From IMG/VR virus record IMGVR_UViG_3300045988_076522: DNA of 64,000 nucleotides. One strand, written 5' to 3'. This DNA comes from a virus. Shown piece after piece: positions 55,869-64,000 of the stretch. The notes below the pieces were generated by a model that was not told where the DNA came from, did not search any database, and saw nothing but the letters and a program-made list of their open reading frames with translations. The translations under genes were made by a program, and so were the position numbers. The stretch's first letter is position 1. Each line of letters starts with the position of its first letter.

Positions 55869-56156
55869 TTATCGGTGCGAGGAATAGATGTCTATAATCT
55901 CTTTGTAAAAGTCTCTGCGACCTACGAGATAGTCATCTCCCCAATACTCTACTACCTTCTTAAGACCTTCAATTACTTGATACATAGTAGCACCATTACT
56001 AAAGCATGTCAATAGCTCTAGATGTCCATGTATGTCCTCTTTACACAAATGCATCCATTCGTTGCCAATTGGATTGTAAATGCATAATATGCTGTTAGTC
56101 AAAGGTCTAGCCGGACGTAGTTTAATTCCGCTTGGATGAATGTATTCGAATACCAT
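55869..56156 (-). CDS. Hypothetical protein
   Basis: 95-aa ORF. Confidence 0.4.
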   Translation of the reverse strand: MVFEYIHPSGIKLRPARPLTNSILCIYNPIGNEWMHLCKEDIHGHLELLTCFSNGATMYQVIEGLKKVVEYWGDDYLVGRRDFYKEIIDIYSSHR

Positions 56157-56377
56157 AAATACGTATGTTTTGATGATTAAACTTTGTGCCAGTCTTTACA
56201 GCGCTGGCTTTCTGTGTAGTTACTTACACTCTTTAATAGCTATTATGTTGGTCTTTGCGATAGTACATAAAGGCTTGCCGTTAGAGTTAAGTGGTTGTAC
56301 GAACTGCTCATCCTCACGGTACTCGTTGCAGTACACGTAATCTTTACCATAGCGGTAATTGAATTCGATTTTATACT

Positions 56378-56590
56378 TCATACTAATTCCTCCTTCCAGC
56401 TATAATCTTTAACGTGCTCTAGGTTGAGTGAGAGGTCAGCTGATGATACTACTGTATACACTTCTTTTGGTTCTATTTCCTTAAGAAGTCTACATACTTG
56501 CAGACCTTGTTCAATATTGTCTGCATACATCATGGGAATATATGATGTTAAGTTCTTTGCTATTGCTACTGTTACCATAGTATTATGCAA
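56378..56590 (-). CDS. Hypothetical protein
   Basis: 70-aa ORF. Confidence 0.35.
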   Translation of the reverse strand: MHNTMVTVAIAKNLTSYIPMMYADNIEQGLQVCRLLKEIEPKEVYTVVSSADLSLNLEHVKDYSWKEELV

Positions 56591-56964
56591 TTGACCTGCA
56601 TTGCGAGGTTTTAATGGTTATTTTACTATGAAAGGTGCTACTGTGTACAGACGCTTAAAAGCACCTCTTGCAAATGCTGTTTCCAACTTTGCTACTTCTG
56701 CTTCAAATGCAGCTTCTGCTTCTTCTCTAGTATTGTATAATACAGAAAGATTGTTAGTTATAACGTATTTTGTTACTTCCATTGTTGTAAAGTTTTAATC
56801 GTTATTACTTGAATCTTCTCCACAAATTGCGTCAATCAGAGCATCTGTGAAATCGTCTTCGATGTAGTCCATAAATATATAGTATTATTGTCAACTCAAA
56901 CAAAAGGTGAGTATGCATATCTATCACAGACCTACATACTCTTAATAATATTCATTTTACACAT

Positions 56965-57162
56965 TCAAACGGTCTGAACTACGTACTTTAGTACTTTATA
57001 TCTCGTCCCACTCCAAGTGGAGATTTGTTCAAGCAAATAATAGCCTACTGCTTCCTCAAACAGAGGATTTGTCAGTTTATACATTATACCATTATTTGCA
57101 TGAATTGCATCGTTCCGATTACGTCCAAATACAGTTCTTAATTTTGATTTCTTCGCTTTCAT
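56965..57162 (-). CDS. Hypothetical basic protein
   Basis: 65-aa ORF. Confidence 0.35.
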   Translation of the reverse strand: MKAKKSKLRTVFGRNRNDAIHANNGIMYKLTNPLFEEAVGYYLLEQISTWSGTRYKVLKYVVQTV

Positions 57163-57269
57163 TTCACTATTCGGCTAACTACATACTAACAAATATATCT
57201 GAATAAGCATGATAAAAAGAAAGACACAAATAGACTTTCTAAATGTGCCTTTCAATAAGAAGTACTTTG

Positions 57270-57752
57270 TTATTCCTTGCAATATGCAATGACATTTACG
57301 TTCATTTGGCTGCCGTCCCTTGCGACGCTTTCAAACGTTTCTATCGCCTTTGCGGTTACTTCCGTACCTTGTAAATCTGCAAGACATTCCGCTATTGTCT
57401 TATTTTCAAACATATTGAAAATACATTTGTCTTTGTCCGCCTCTGGGAGAATGTCAACCGGTGTAATACGCTTGTTGTTTTCACGGTCGTTGAAAGACCG
57501 GAACAAAGAATTGATAGACACGTTTCTTGCCGTTCCGTTAACCTCTACGGCAACTTGAAAGAATGTATTACCGTTTACAACTCCCTTTGTGATTGTTCCG
57601 TTAAATTCGTTAATTTCAGCGGGAAACTTCAATTTGTCGCCTACCTTGATAGAATCAGGATTCACACCTAAGCGGTTTAAAGCCGCTGCAATTTCGTTTT
57701 TGCTTGCTTTCGGTAACTTCTTGTTAACTTCTTGTAATTCTGCTAAATTCAT
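57270..57752 (-). CDS. Hypothetical protein (first gene of the leftward block)
   Basis: 160-aa ORF. The divergent regulatory region lies upstream. Confidence 0.5.
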   Translation of the reverse strand: MNLAELQEVNKKLPKASKNEIAAALNRLGVNPDSIKVGDKLKFPAEINEFNGTITKGVVNGNTFFQVAVEVNGTARNVSINSLFRSFNDRENNKRITPVDILPEADKDKCIFNMFENKTIAECLADLQGTEVTAKAIETFESVARDGSQMNVNVIAYCKE

Positions 57753-57959
57753 AGTTTAATAATTTATTAGTGAAACAATATAGAACGAGCTTATTTGCTC
57801 GTTCTGATTAGCTTTTAAATTAGGTTTGCTTTAATTTCTTCACATTCTTCACGTGTGATTATACAACGCGTAGCATTAACTAAAACATAACCGTTTGAAA
57901 GATAAGTAAACATAACTCTAATAATTTTAAAATGAATATTATAAAGCAAAACCAAATGA

Positions 57960-58300
57960 TATAAATCTTTTGATTTTCTCCAAACATGGGTGAGGGGTGT
58001 GAAGGGTAACACGACTGTCGTATCCGCAATATACACAAATCTTGCAATATTCACCCAGCATCCGAGTTGGCAATATATAATATGACAACCCACCCCGGGA
58101 GTGGGAGGGGTGTGATTTTGAGCACCCGTACTTGTAAGTTGGCAATATATATTAATTTCTATTCATCTTACTAATTGCAAGCAAGCCCCGAAGGGGCGCA
58201 GATTGCCACAGCACGTCATGAAGTTCCGAGTTGGCAATATACTTAATATTAACTGTGAATTTGAGTTGGCAATATATAATATATATTAATAATTATATTA
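57960..58300. promoter_or_regulatory. Divergent intergenic control region: four copies of GAGTTGGCAATATA interleaved with GC hairpins
   Basis: Motif copies at about 58062, 58136, 58228 and 58264 (CCGAGTTGGCAATATATAATATG, GTAAGTTGGCAATATATATTAAT, CCGAGTTGGCAATATACTTAATA, TTGAGTTGGCAATATATAATATA). Hairpins CACCCCgggagtgggaGGGGTG (58091-58115) and GCCCCgaaGGGGC (58186-58198). The strand switch occurs here. Confidence 0.5.
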
Positions 58301-58408
58301 CCATTTGGTAATATTGAAATATATAACTAATTTTGTATTGTCAAATTAAATAATAATATATTTGCGAACTTAAATCAGAATTATTAACAATAACTAAAAT
58401 TTATAACA

Positions 58409-58663
58409 ATGGCTAAAGAAGTTAAAGACTTAACAAGTAAAGAAGTAGATGAAGTAAAAATATTAAAGACTAGTTTGTCAGAATGTCCAGTAAATACTGA
58501 TTTAGGATGTAATGAATCAAAGGCAACTAACTGGGTGAAGTTAGACAATAAAACAACAGATGTAAAATTAGAATTATTAAATAAATTGCAAGACGGACTA
58601 GCTAATGGAGCTGGTATTGAATATTTAATGCAACTATCTTGCATTTATAATAACATTCGCTAA
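58409..58663 (+). CDS. Hypothetical protein
   Basis: First plus-strand ORF after the control region. 84 aa. Confidence 0.5.
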   Translation: MAKEVKDLTSKEVDEVKILKTSLSECPVNTDLGCNESKATNWVKLDNKTTDVKLELLNKLQDGLANGAGIEYLMQLSCIYNNIR

Positions 58664-58665
58664 TA

Positions 58666-59040
58666 ATGAGACATATTGATAGAATTAATAAGCAGTATGA
58701 AGAGAAGGAAGTTAAATTGCTATATGATAAAGCTGTAGCGTTAATGAATCTTCTTAGTGATGAGGAATATGAACAAGTAATTACAGACAATGCAGATATA
58801 TTTAAATTAGCATCTCATCCCGAGAGGGGTGAGTTCTATTTACAAGATAAGCACAACTTAGTCCAGATTGTAGACATATTTAGTAAATTCATTAAAACTA
58901 AAGGCCTATCTAAGGACGAATTTAAAATAATGACTCTAGATGAAGTTAAAGAGTATATGGTTGATGTTATTAATGATATCACATCATTCGAACCAGATGA
59001 GCTATTCACAATAGTAAAGAACTTAGAGAAACTTCAATGA
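58666..59040 (+). CDS. Hypothetical protein
   Basis: 124 aa, tightly packed. Confidence 0.5.
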   Translation: MRHIDRINKQYEEKEVKLLYDKAVALMNLLSDEEYEQVITDNADIFKLASHPERGEFYLQDKHNLVQIVDIFSKFIKTKGLSKDEFKIMTLDEVKEYMVDVINDITSFEPDELFTIVKNLEKLQ

Positions 59041-59348
59041 AACTAGAACAAATACCAGGTGATTATGATAATGTAGACCAGAGAGCTCTAGAATTATTAA
59101 AGACTAATGACTATGAATTAGCAGAGTATATGAGGGATTATATAAAGGAATTATATGCTAACATACATATGAGAGACTTCTATATTAGAAACCTTAAGGA
59201 TGAAATACTTCATACACTCAAACATAGAGACTCTATAAGTGGTGAGGAGCTACTACAAATACTAAATAAGGTAGCTCCATGGGATATGGAATATGATGGC
59301 AGATGGCAAACTAGAGACTATTTAGCAAGAGCAAAGGCTAATCAATGA
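59037..59348 (+). CDS. Hypothetical protein
   Basis: 103 aa, overlapping start and stop. Confidence 0.5.
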   Translation: MKLEQIPGDYDNVDQRALELLKTNDYELAEYMRDYIKELYANIHMRDFYIRNLKDEILHTLKHRDSISGEELLQILNKVAPWDMEYDGRWQTRDYLARAKANQ

Positions 59349-59418
59349 TAACACAAGAAGTAGAATTAGTAGAAGAAGCATTGTATAGGAATGCATACAT
59401 ATATCCAGGCTGGAAGTA

Positions 59419-59688
59419 TTGCCTACCTGGATTACTAAAGACAATATATTTATGACAGGAGAAGAAATTATAGTAACATTTAAAGAGCCTTGGTATAATG
59501 ACTATAACAAACGATTATACACTCAATTATCTGAACAAATGATTAGAGAAGAGATTGAGAGAGTGCATAAAGAACCAATCATTACTAATGCTGCATTTGA
59601 TATAGCAGTAGACAAGGCTTTCCTAGAGTTACTGCATGACAACAAGGATTTAATTAATATTACAGAACGATACAAGAACCATGAGTAA
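59419..59688 (+). CDS. Hypothetical protein
   Basis: 89-aa ORF. Confidence 0.45.
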   Translation: MPTWITKDNIFMTGEEIIVTFKEPWYNDYNKRLYTQLSEQMIREEIERVHKEPIITNAAFDIAVDKAFLELLHDNKDLINITERYKNHE

Positions 59689-59712
59689 AATGGCAACAGA
59701 ATTAGAAGCTAA

Positions 59713-60327
59713 GACTATGGGGGGGGGACTCTCTCGGTAATTGATAATAAGTGCTGTACTAAAGCTAGAGCACTTGAATTAGGATGTCAGATTAAAAGTG
59801 GATTTAGTTATACTGATAATCAGTTAGTAGAGTTAGAAGGTATAGAGGCAGCTATAACTGCTCCAAATGTAATCCTTCATTATGGTTGGCAGGATATGCC
59901 AATTAATAATATACAGCAATTTAGAGTACGTTTCTCATTTGTTAATGAGAGTTCAGTGAATGGAGAGCCGTTTAAGTATTCTGACAATACTATGTACTTT
60001 ACAATTACTCCAAGATTAGAGCAAGGAGAACGAACGTACACTAAGACTTTAGCAAATCCTCTTAAATATTACTTAGAGAAATTAGCACTTCCTAACCAAG
60101 ACCCATATAATACACCTGTTTGGATACGTTTTGAGGGATACGTGATGCTTAAGCAAGTGTCTCAAATTACATTAGCAGTAGATTCTCAATCTGAGAATTG
60201 GGCAGAAGGAGTAACATTTCCTTCATCTGGAAAGTGGGTCAAAATGAATAATTCTGGTAGAGTATTTAGATTTACTGGTGGGGAAATAGACCTAAACATA
60301 GAACTGTATACAGCGTCAGCGCAATGA
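59713..60327 (+). CDS. Hypothetical protein. The reading frame is open from 59713. A candidate ATG at 59690 is in the neighbouring frame across a G9 tract.
   Basis: The frame of the 59896 ORF stays open back to 59713, through GGGGGGGGG at 59719-59727. The ATG at 59690 (MATELEAKTM) is displaced by one nucleotide. Confidence 0.45.
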   Translation, partial: DYGGGTLSVIDNKCCTKARALELGCQIKSGFSYTDNQLVELEGIEAAITAPNVILHYGWQDMPINNIQQFRVRFSFVNESSVNGEPFKYSDNTMYFTITPRLEQGERTYTKTLANPLKYYLEKLALPNQDPYNTPVWIRFEGYVMLKQVSQITLAVDSQSENWAEGVTFPSSGKWVKMNNSGRVFRFTGGEIDLNIELYTASAQ

Positions 60328-60521
60328 TTAAAGTAACTGATAATAAAGAAGTAAAGGAAACAGTCCTAGCAGGACTTAAAAGGAATAAAGAGAAGTATGG
60401 TAAGAAGTACTGCCCATGCTCTTTAGTAAGAGATGAAGATACAGTATGTATGTGTAAAGAGTTTAGGGAAATGGAAGAAGGGACTTGCCATTGCCAACTT
60501 TATGTTAAAACTAAAGACTAA
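60324..60521 (+). CDS. Ferredoxin-thioredoxin-reductase catalytic-subunit-like CPC/CxC/CHC mini-protein
   Basis: YCPCSLVRDEDTVCMCKEFREMEEGTCHCQLY carries the CPC...CxC...CHC signature of FTR catalytic-domain-like proteins. Confidence 0.4.
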   Translation: MIKVTDNKEVKETVLAGLKRNKEKYGKKYCPCSLVRDEDTVCMCKEFREMEEGTCHCQLYVKTKD

Positions 60522-60687
60522 TAATTATGGATGAATTAAAGAACCAATTAGCACAGTATTTATGTAGCCAAATTCATAATGGCACTAAGGATTTGATTGA
60601 ATTAATTGAATCAGAAGACCTTATTAATGAACAGTGGTATAAGAACTGGAAGGAAGAGATGAGAATCTTACTACAGGAGAAGTAATT

Positions 60688-60927
60688 ATGATAATACTTA
60701 GTGGAAATTGTCCTAGGCATCATAATGCCATTATGTTGGAACTTACAGACTTTGATGACAGTAAAATCTCCTATCTAGCTAGAATATCTAGAGGACATCA
60801 TGTTGATACTCTGTTAGTTCCTAGGGAATATAAAGATACATTTGAATCTACAGAACTATATAAAGTATTACTGCCTAATATTAGTATAGGTGATGTACAA
60901 TTTGCTAAAATATACTATTATGATTGA
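60688..60927 (+). CDS. Hypothetical protein
   Basis: 79-aa ORF. Confidence 0.4.
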   Translation: MIILSGNCPRHHNAIMLELTDFDDSKISYLARISRGHHVDTLLVPREYKDTFESTELYKVLLPNISIGDVQFAKIYYYD

Positions 60928-61150
60928 CGTTAGAAAGACATTAGAGAATTTACATCAGATACTTCCAAACTTATCAATAGAGGACTTATTTAGAGTTCTT
61001 GATAACATAGTAGAGATTCCACAATTTAACGTAGGACAGACAACTACTATACGTAGAGATAATAGTGGCTGGAGACCATATGACACAGGTACATTTATAT
61101 CTTATGCTAGTAATGGAATAACACTTAGTGATGAAGGAACTTGTAAATAA
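60890..61150 (+). CDS. Hypothetical protein
   Basis: 86-aa ORF. Confidence 0.4.
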   Translation: MMYNLLKYTIMIDVRKTLENLHQILPNLSIEDLFRVLDNIVEIPQFNVGQTTTIRRDNSGWRPYDTGTFISYASNGITLSDEGTCK

Positions 61151-61337
61151 CTGGAATGAGAAACATCCCGAATACGTATTGGTACACGGGATGTATTCTT
61201 ATGTAGACAATGGACAATCTAAGGATATGCACATGCTTACTATCTTTAATAAGGATAATGAATGTGTATGTGAATATAAAGGAGAAGATTTTATTAAATT
61301 ATATAATACACTAGAAGAGGAATGGGAAAGCGATTAA
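61128..61337 (+). CDS. Hypothetical protein
   Basis: 69-aa ORF. Confidence 0.4.
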   Translation: MMKELVNNWNEKHPEYVLVHGMYSYVDNGQSKDMHMLTIFNKDNECVCEYKGEDFIKLYNTLEEEWESD

Positions 61338-62002
61338 TTAATGTTGATGAAGTAGAGGAGATAGTACCCGTCCTAGTAGACAAATTACTAGAGAACAATT
61401 TGATAACGGAGGAACAAGCGGACCAAATCATCTGTGCAATCTTTAATGATAACGATAGGCTAAATGAAATTAGGGAATTAAATCCAGATTATGATATTAG
61501 TATGCATAAGCTGAATGTTTGCGTGGGAGATAGTCAGTATAGACTAGTGTATTGTATATATGTGGAGCATAAAGAATCTGGGATAAGTGTGTATAGGGAC
61601 AAGGACTTCGATGTACAGGAAGTGATAAACAGACTTCCATCTAAATTCACAATAGAGAAAGAACAAGAGTTGCTTCCTAAAGGAGTAAATATAAAGATTC
61701 ATAAATACTCTATTAACTGTGCAGTAAGTCTATTTAGCAACGCTGCTAACTACTTTAAAGACCATACAGTAAATATAACTATTAGTTATCCATTAAAGAA
61801 TCCGTATACATTCACTGCTAAATGCCGCAATTTGAATGATTTAATAAATGAAATAACCCTTGCATATAGAAGGATTTACGAAGAAGAGAAGGAGAATCCA
61901 GGTAAGTATGGAATATGGGGACATCATATAGAAGATTTATGGCTTGAGAAAGCTACTCTCGATATAGAGACTGGTAATGTTAAAATACTTGTAGGTAGTT
62001 AA
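61322..62002 (+). CDS. Hypothetical protein
   Basis: 226-aa ORF. Confidence 0.5.
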   Translation: MGKRLINVDEVEEIVPVLVDKLLENNLITEEQADQIICAIFNDNDRLNEIRELNPDYDISMHKLNVCVGDSQYRLVYCIYVEHKESGISVYRDKDFDVQEVINRLPSKFTIEKEQELLPKGVNIKIHKYSINCAVSLFSNAANYFKDHTVNITISYPLKNPYTFTAKCRNLNDLINEITLAYRRIYEEEKENPGKYGIWGHHIEDLWLEKATLDIETGNVKILVGS

Positions 62003-62003
62003 T

Positions 62004-62285
62004 ATGGATAATAAATTAAATGTACAGAAACTAGGATATGAAGTAGGAGAACCTATGTGGGTTCATTGGGATAATAGATACGTATTGCGTGGAGGACATA
62101 TACTAGGAAAATGCCCAGATGAGAATTTGATAACCACAGTGGGCTACTTGGCATATATGGACGACAAATCAATAATATTGGGAAGAGGTATTGAGAATCA
62201 TTGTGATGAGGACGGTACTCGCAGAGTAAAAGATACAATACACATACCAATGAGCTTAGTAGCTAGTTTTGGAAGTTTTGATTGA
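62004..62285 (+). CDS. Hypothetical protein
   Basis: 93-aa ORF. Confidence 0.45.
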   Translation: MDNKLNVQKLGYEVGEPMWVHWDNRYVLRGGHILGKCPDENLITTVGYLAYMDDKSIILGRGIENHCDEDGTRRVKDTIHIPMSLVASFGSFD

Positions 62286-62291
62286 TGAACT

Positions 62292-63146
62292 ATGATAAAT
62301 GAGGAGTATAATAAATGGCTAATCCTTTACTTTGATATGCAATCTATAAATTTACAGTTCAATTGTAATGATATAGCATCATCACTAAAGGCACAAAGAG
62401 ATAAGATAAAACAATTCTGTATTGACTGTCTAACAGGGGTAAAACATCAGGCTGACAGCTTTCTATTTGACACAAATGCCTGCATATTTTCTACTTCTGA
62501 AACCAGAGAATTGTTATTCTCGCATGAAGAATATCTCATTCTTGAGGCTGATACTACTAAGGCAGTTGACGGGAAGTACCCTTTAGACTATGCTACTGAA
62601 ATAGTAGAATCTAATTTGGACGATATTATTGATTATATGGTACAATCAGGAACAGAAACATATAATATAAGAACTAGTAGAGGATTTGGGAATAGGTGGA
62701 GTCTTTATAATGAGGAGGAACTTAAACAAGTAATTAAACTGTTTAACTCTGGCACTTGGTATGATACATTTGGAGCTTTAAAGAATTTATATTATGAAAG
62801 AACTCCCAAAGGCTTAAGAATGTGTAACCTTACTGGTAAATCTTTACAAGATAATGTTCTAGGATATATAGAAGATATTATTTTGAATATAAAAGACCGT
62901 TATGAAACATTTGCTGTTATTCCTAGAGGTGAATCTAAATTACAAGTTTATATGACAATAAGCAATGGAACAAATGGGGCTGAAGGATGTATTATTAATT
63001 CTATGGAAGATGTTCTAAATGTGCTTAAAAACTTAAGGAAATATAAAGGAGTAAATTGGTCTCAATTATTAGAAGTTGGAATAGACAATGCAGATGATTT
63101 ATATTGGTGGTACGTGACATTCTCTATAGACACTACGGCTGTGTAA
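62292..63146 (+). CDS. Hypothetical protein
   Basis: 284-aa ORF. Confidence 0.5.
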   Translation: MINEEYNKWLILYFDMQSINLQFNCNDIASSLKAQRDKIKQFCIDCLTGVKHQADSFLFDTNACIFSTSETRELLFSHEEYLILEADTTKAVDGKYPLDYATEIVESNLDDIIDYMVQSGTETYNIRTSRGFGNRWSLYNEEELKQVIKLFNSGTWYDTFGALKNLYYERTPKGLRMCNLTGKSLQDNVLGYIEDIILNIKDRYETFAVIPRGESKLQVYMTISNGTNGAEGCIINSMEDVLNVLKNLRKYKGVNWSQLLEVGIDNADDLYWWYVTFSIDTTAV

Positions 63147-63161
63147 TAAATTAATATAAAT

Positions 63162-63422
63162 ATGAGCAAATGGAATGACTGGGCAATTACTACTAAATTC
63201 CCACCTATAAAGCCAGGTTACGGTATGAATTGTAGAACGGATTATAAAATAGATGTAGTATTTAAAGTACGTACAGGTAAGGGATATTGGAGAGGAAGTA
63301 AGTATCTTTATGTATGCAATAATAACACTATTTACTTGTTAGGTTCAGATGCAGGAATACATCACGTAACAGAAGAGTTACCTAGTAACCTTGAAGCTAA
63401 AGTCCGTGAGTATAAACCTTAA
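63162..63422 (+). CDS. Hypothetical protein
   Basis: 86-aa ORF. Confidence 0.45.
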   Translation: MSKWNDWAITTKFPPIKPGYGMNCRTDYKIDVVFKVRTGKGYWRGSKYLYVCNNNTIYLLGSDAGIHHVTEELPSNLEAKVREYKP

Positions 63423-63442
63423 ATGAATTAATATGAATTAAT

Positions 63443-63811
63443 ATGAATTGTAAATTAAAACGTAAAGACTTAGTACTTATTAAATGGAATAGCAAGTACA
63501 TGACTGATAGAGAAGGATGCAGTCTATCAGAAGATGTTAAATATTTAAATAGAGATATAGAAACAAGTACAGTAGGTTACTTCATAGAAGAAGATGATAA
63601 AGCTATTGTACTTGCTTCAAGTATTTATGGTATTAATATACCTGATTCATTATGTAAGGATTGTATGGTAATTCCTAAAGCCTATATAAAAGATATAACT
63701 TCGATTGGCACAGAGCTTGTTGCTCAGCTCTTATATTTCTTACAACAACGTAATTACATTACAGAAGAGCAAATGAATGATGCATGTAATGAGATTCTAA
63801 AATCAAATTAA
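63443..63811 (+). CDS. Hypothetical protein
   Basis: 122-aa ORF. It is preceded by the tandem repeat ATGAATTAAT x2. Confidence 0.45.
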   Translation: MNCKLKRKDLVLIKWNSKYMTDREGCSLSEDVKYLNRDIETSTVGYFIEEDDKAIVLASSIYGINIPDSLCKDCMVIPKAYIKDITSIGTELVAQLLYFLQQRNYITEEQMNDACNEILKSN

Positions 63812-64000
63812 TATGACTAATGAACAATTAAATCAATACTATAGTAAAGATGCAGATAAGAAACAGTGTTGGGTAAGTAAAGACCATAACTGTCCATTAA
63901 AGGAACAATGCAATGGACTTGTTAAGCCAGAATGTAAAGAGCATATAGACAATGAAGAAGCCTGCCATGTTGTTGATAAGATGATAGAATGGTATTACCA
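63812..64000 (+). CDS. Hypothetical Cys-rich protein, 5' part (runs off the window)
   Basis: MTNEQLNQYYSKDADKKQCWVSKDHNCPLKEQCNGLVKPECKEH... is open to the window end. Confidence 0.4.

Noticed and set aside
57815-58145. Track ORFs 57815..58093 and 57939..58145 inside the divergent control region
   Set aside because: They run through the repeat and hairpin region with no coding-like composition. They are considered spurious.
57960-58300. Possible CRISPR array, suggested by the repeated GAGTTGGCAATATA motif
   Set aside because: There are only four copies, 14 nt long, with irregular spacing of 74, 92 and 36 nt. The sequence is AT-rich and promoter-like, and there is no cas context. This is a regulatory repeat, not CRISPR.

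Overview
This window is AT-rich and densely packed with genes. It looks like one segment of a large lytic dsDNA phage; the host is unknown, and Bacteroidota-like codon usage is only a guess. From about 1 to 57,750 almost every gene is on the minus strand. A strand switch lies at about 57.8-58.4 kb, in a repeat-rich divergent regulatory region. Beyond it, small plus-strand genes of unknown function run to the window end.

The minus-strand block begins with a replication/recombination module. It holds a truncated Mre11/SbcD-like metallophosphoesterase, a PD-(D/E)XK nuclease, an NT5C-type 5'-deoxyribonucleotidase, a resolvase-like protein, a DnaG-type primase, an SSB-like protein, an AAA_24 ATPase, a DnaB-like helicase and an SF2 helicase. 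Next come accessory genes: ferritin-like, bactofilin-like, RNase H, S24-peptidase-like, and a three-member paralog family in which one copy is decayed.

A tRNA island of about 34 kb (roughly 17.9-51.6 kb) follows. It carries about 29 tRNA or tRNA-like genes, all on the minus strand. They include three CAT tRNAs, His with G-1, type II Ser/Leu/Tyr tRNAs, and a canonical-looking amber suppressor tRNA-Sup(CUA). A tmRNA-like gene of about 550 nt sits in the same island.

Notable protein genes are scattered among the tRNAs:
- a short (355 aa) adenylosuccinate-synthetase homolog of PurA/PurZ type, flanked by a classical AAA ATPase and a vWA/MIDAS protein;
- an NfeD-flotillin (YqiJ/YqiK-like) membrane pair;
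- a PTH2-type peptidyl-tRNA hydrolase;
- a 564-aa protein with a C-terminal vWA/MIDAS domain (Ro60/TROVE-like architecture) next to a 380-nt ORF-free region;
- a ParB-like nuclease.

Other things worth a second look:
- a 9-G homopolymer that puts an ATG out of frame with a downstream ORF;
- four copies of the motif GAGTTGGCAATATA interleaved with GC hairpins in the divergent region;
- several long ORF-free stretches that may encode structured RNAs;
- a highly acidic candidate DNA-mimic protein;
- an FTR-like CPC/CxC/CHC mini-protein.

All functional calls are motif-level readings of the translations. None has been checked against a database.
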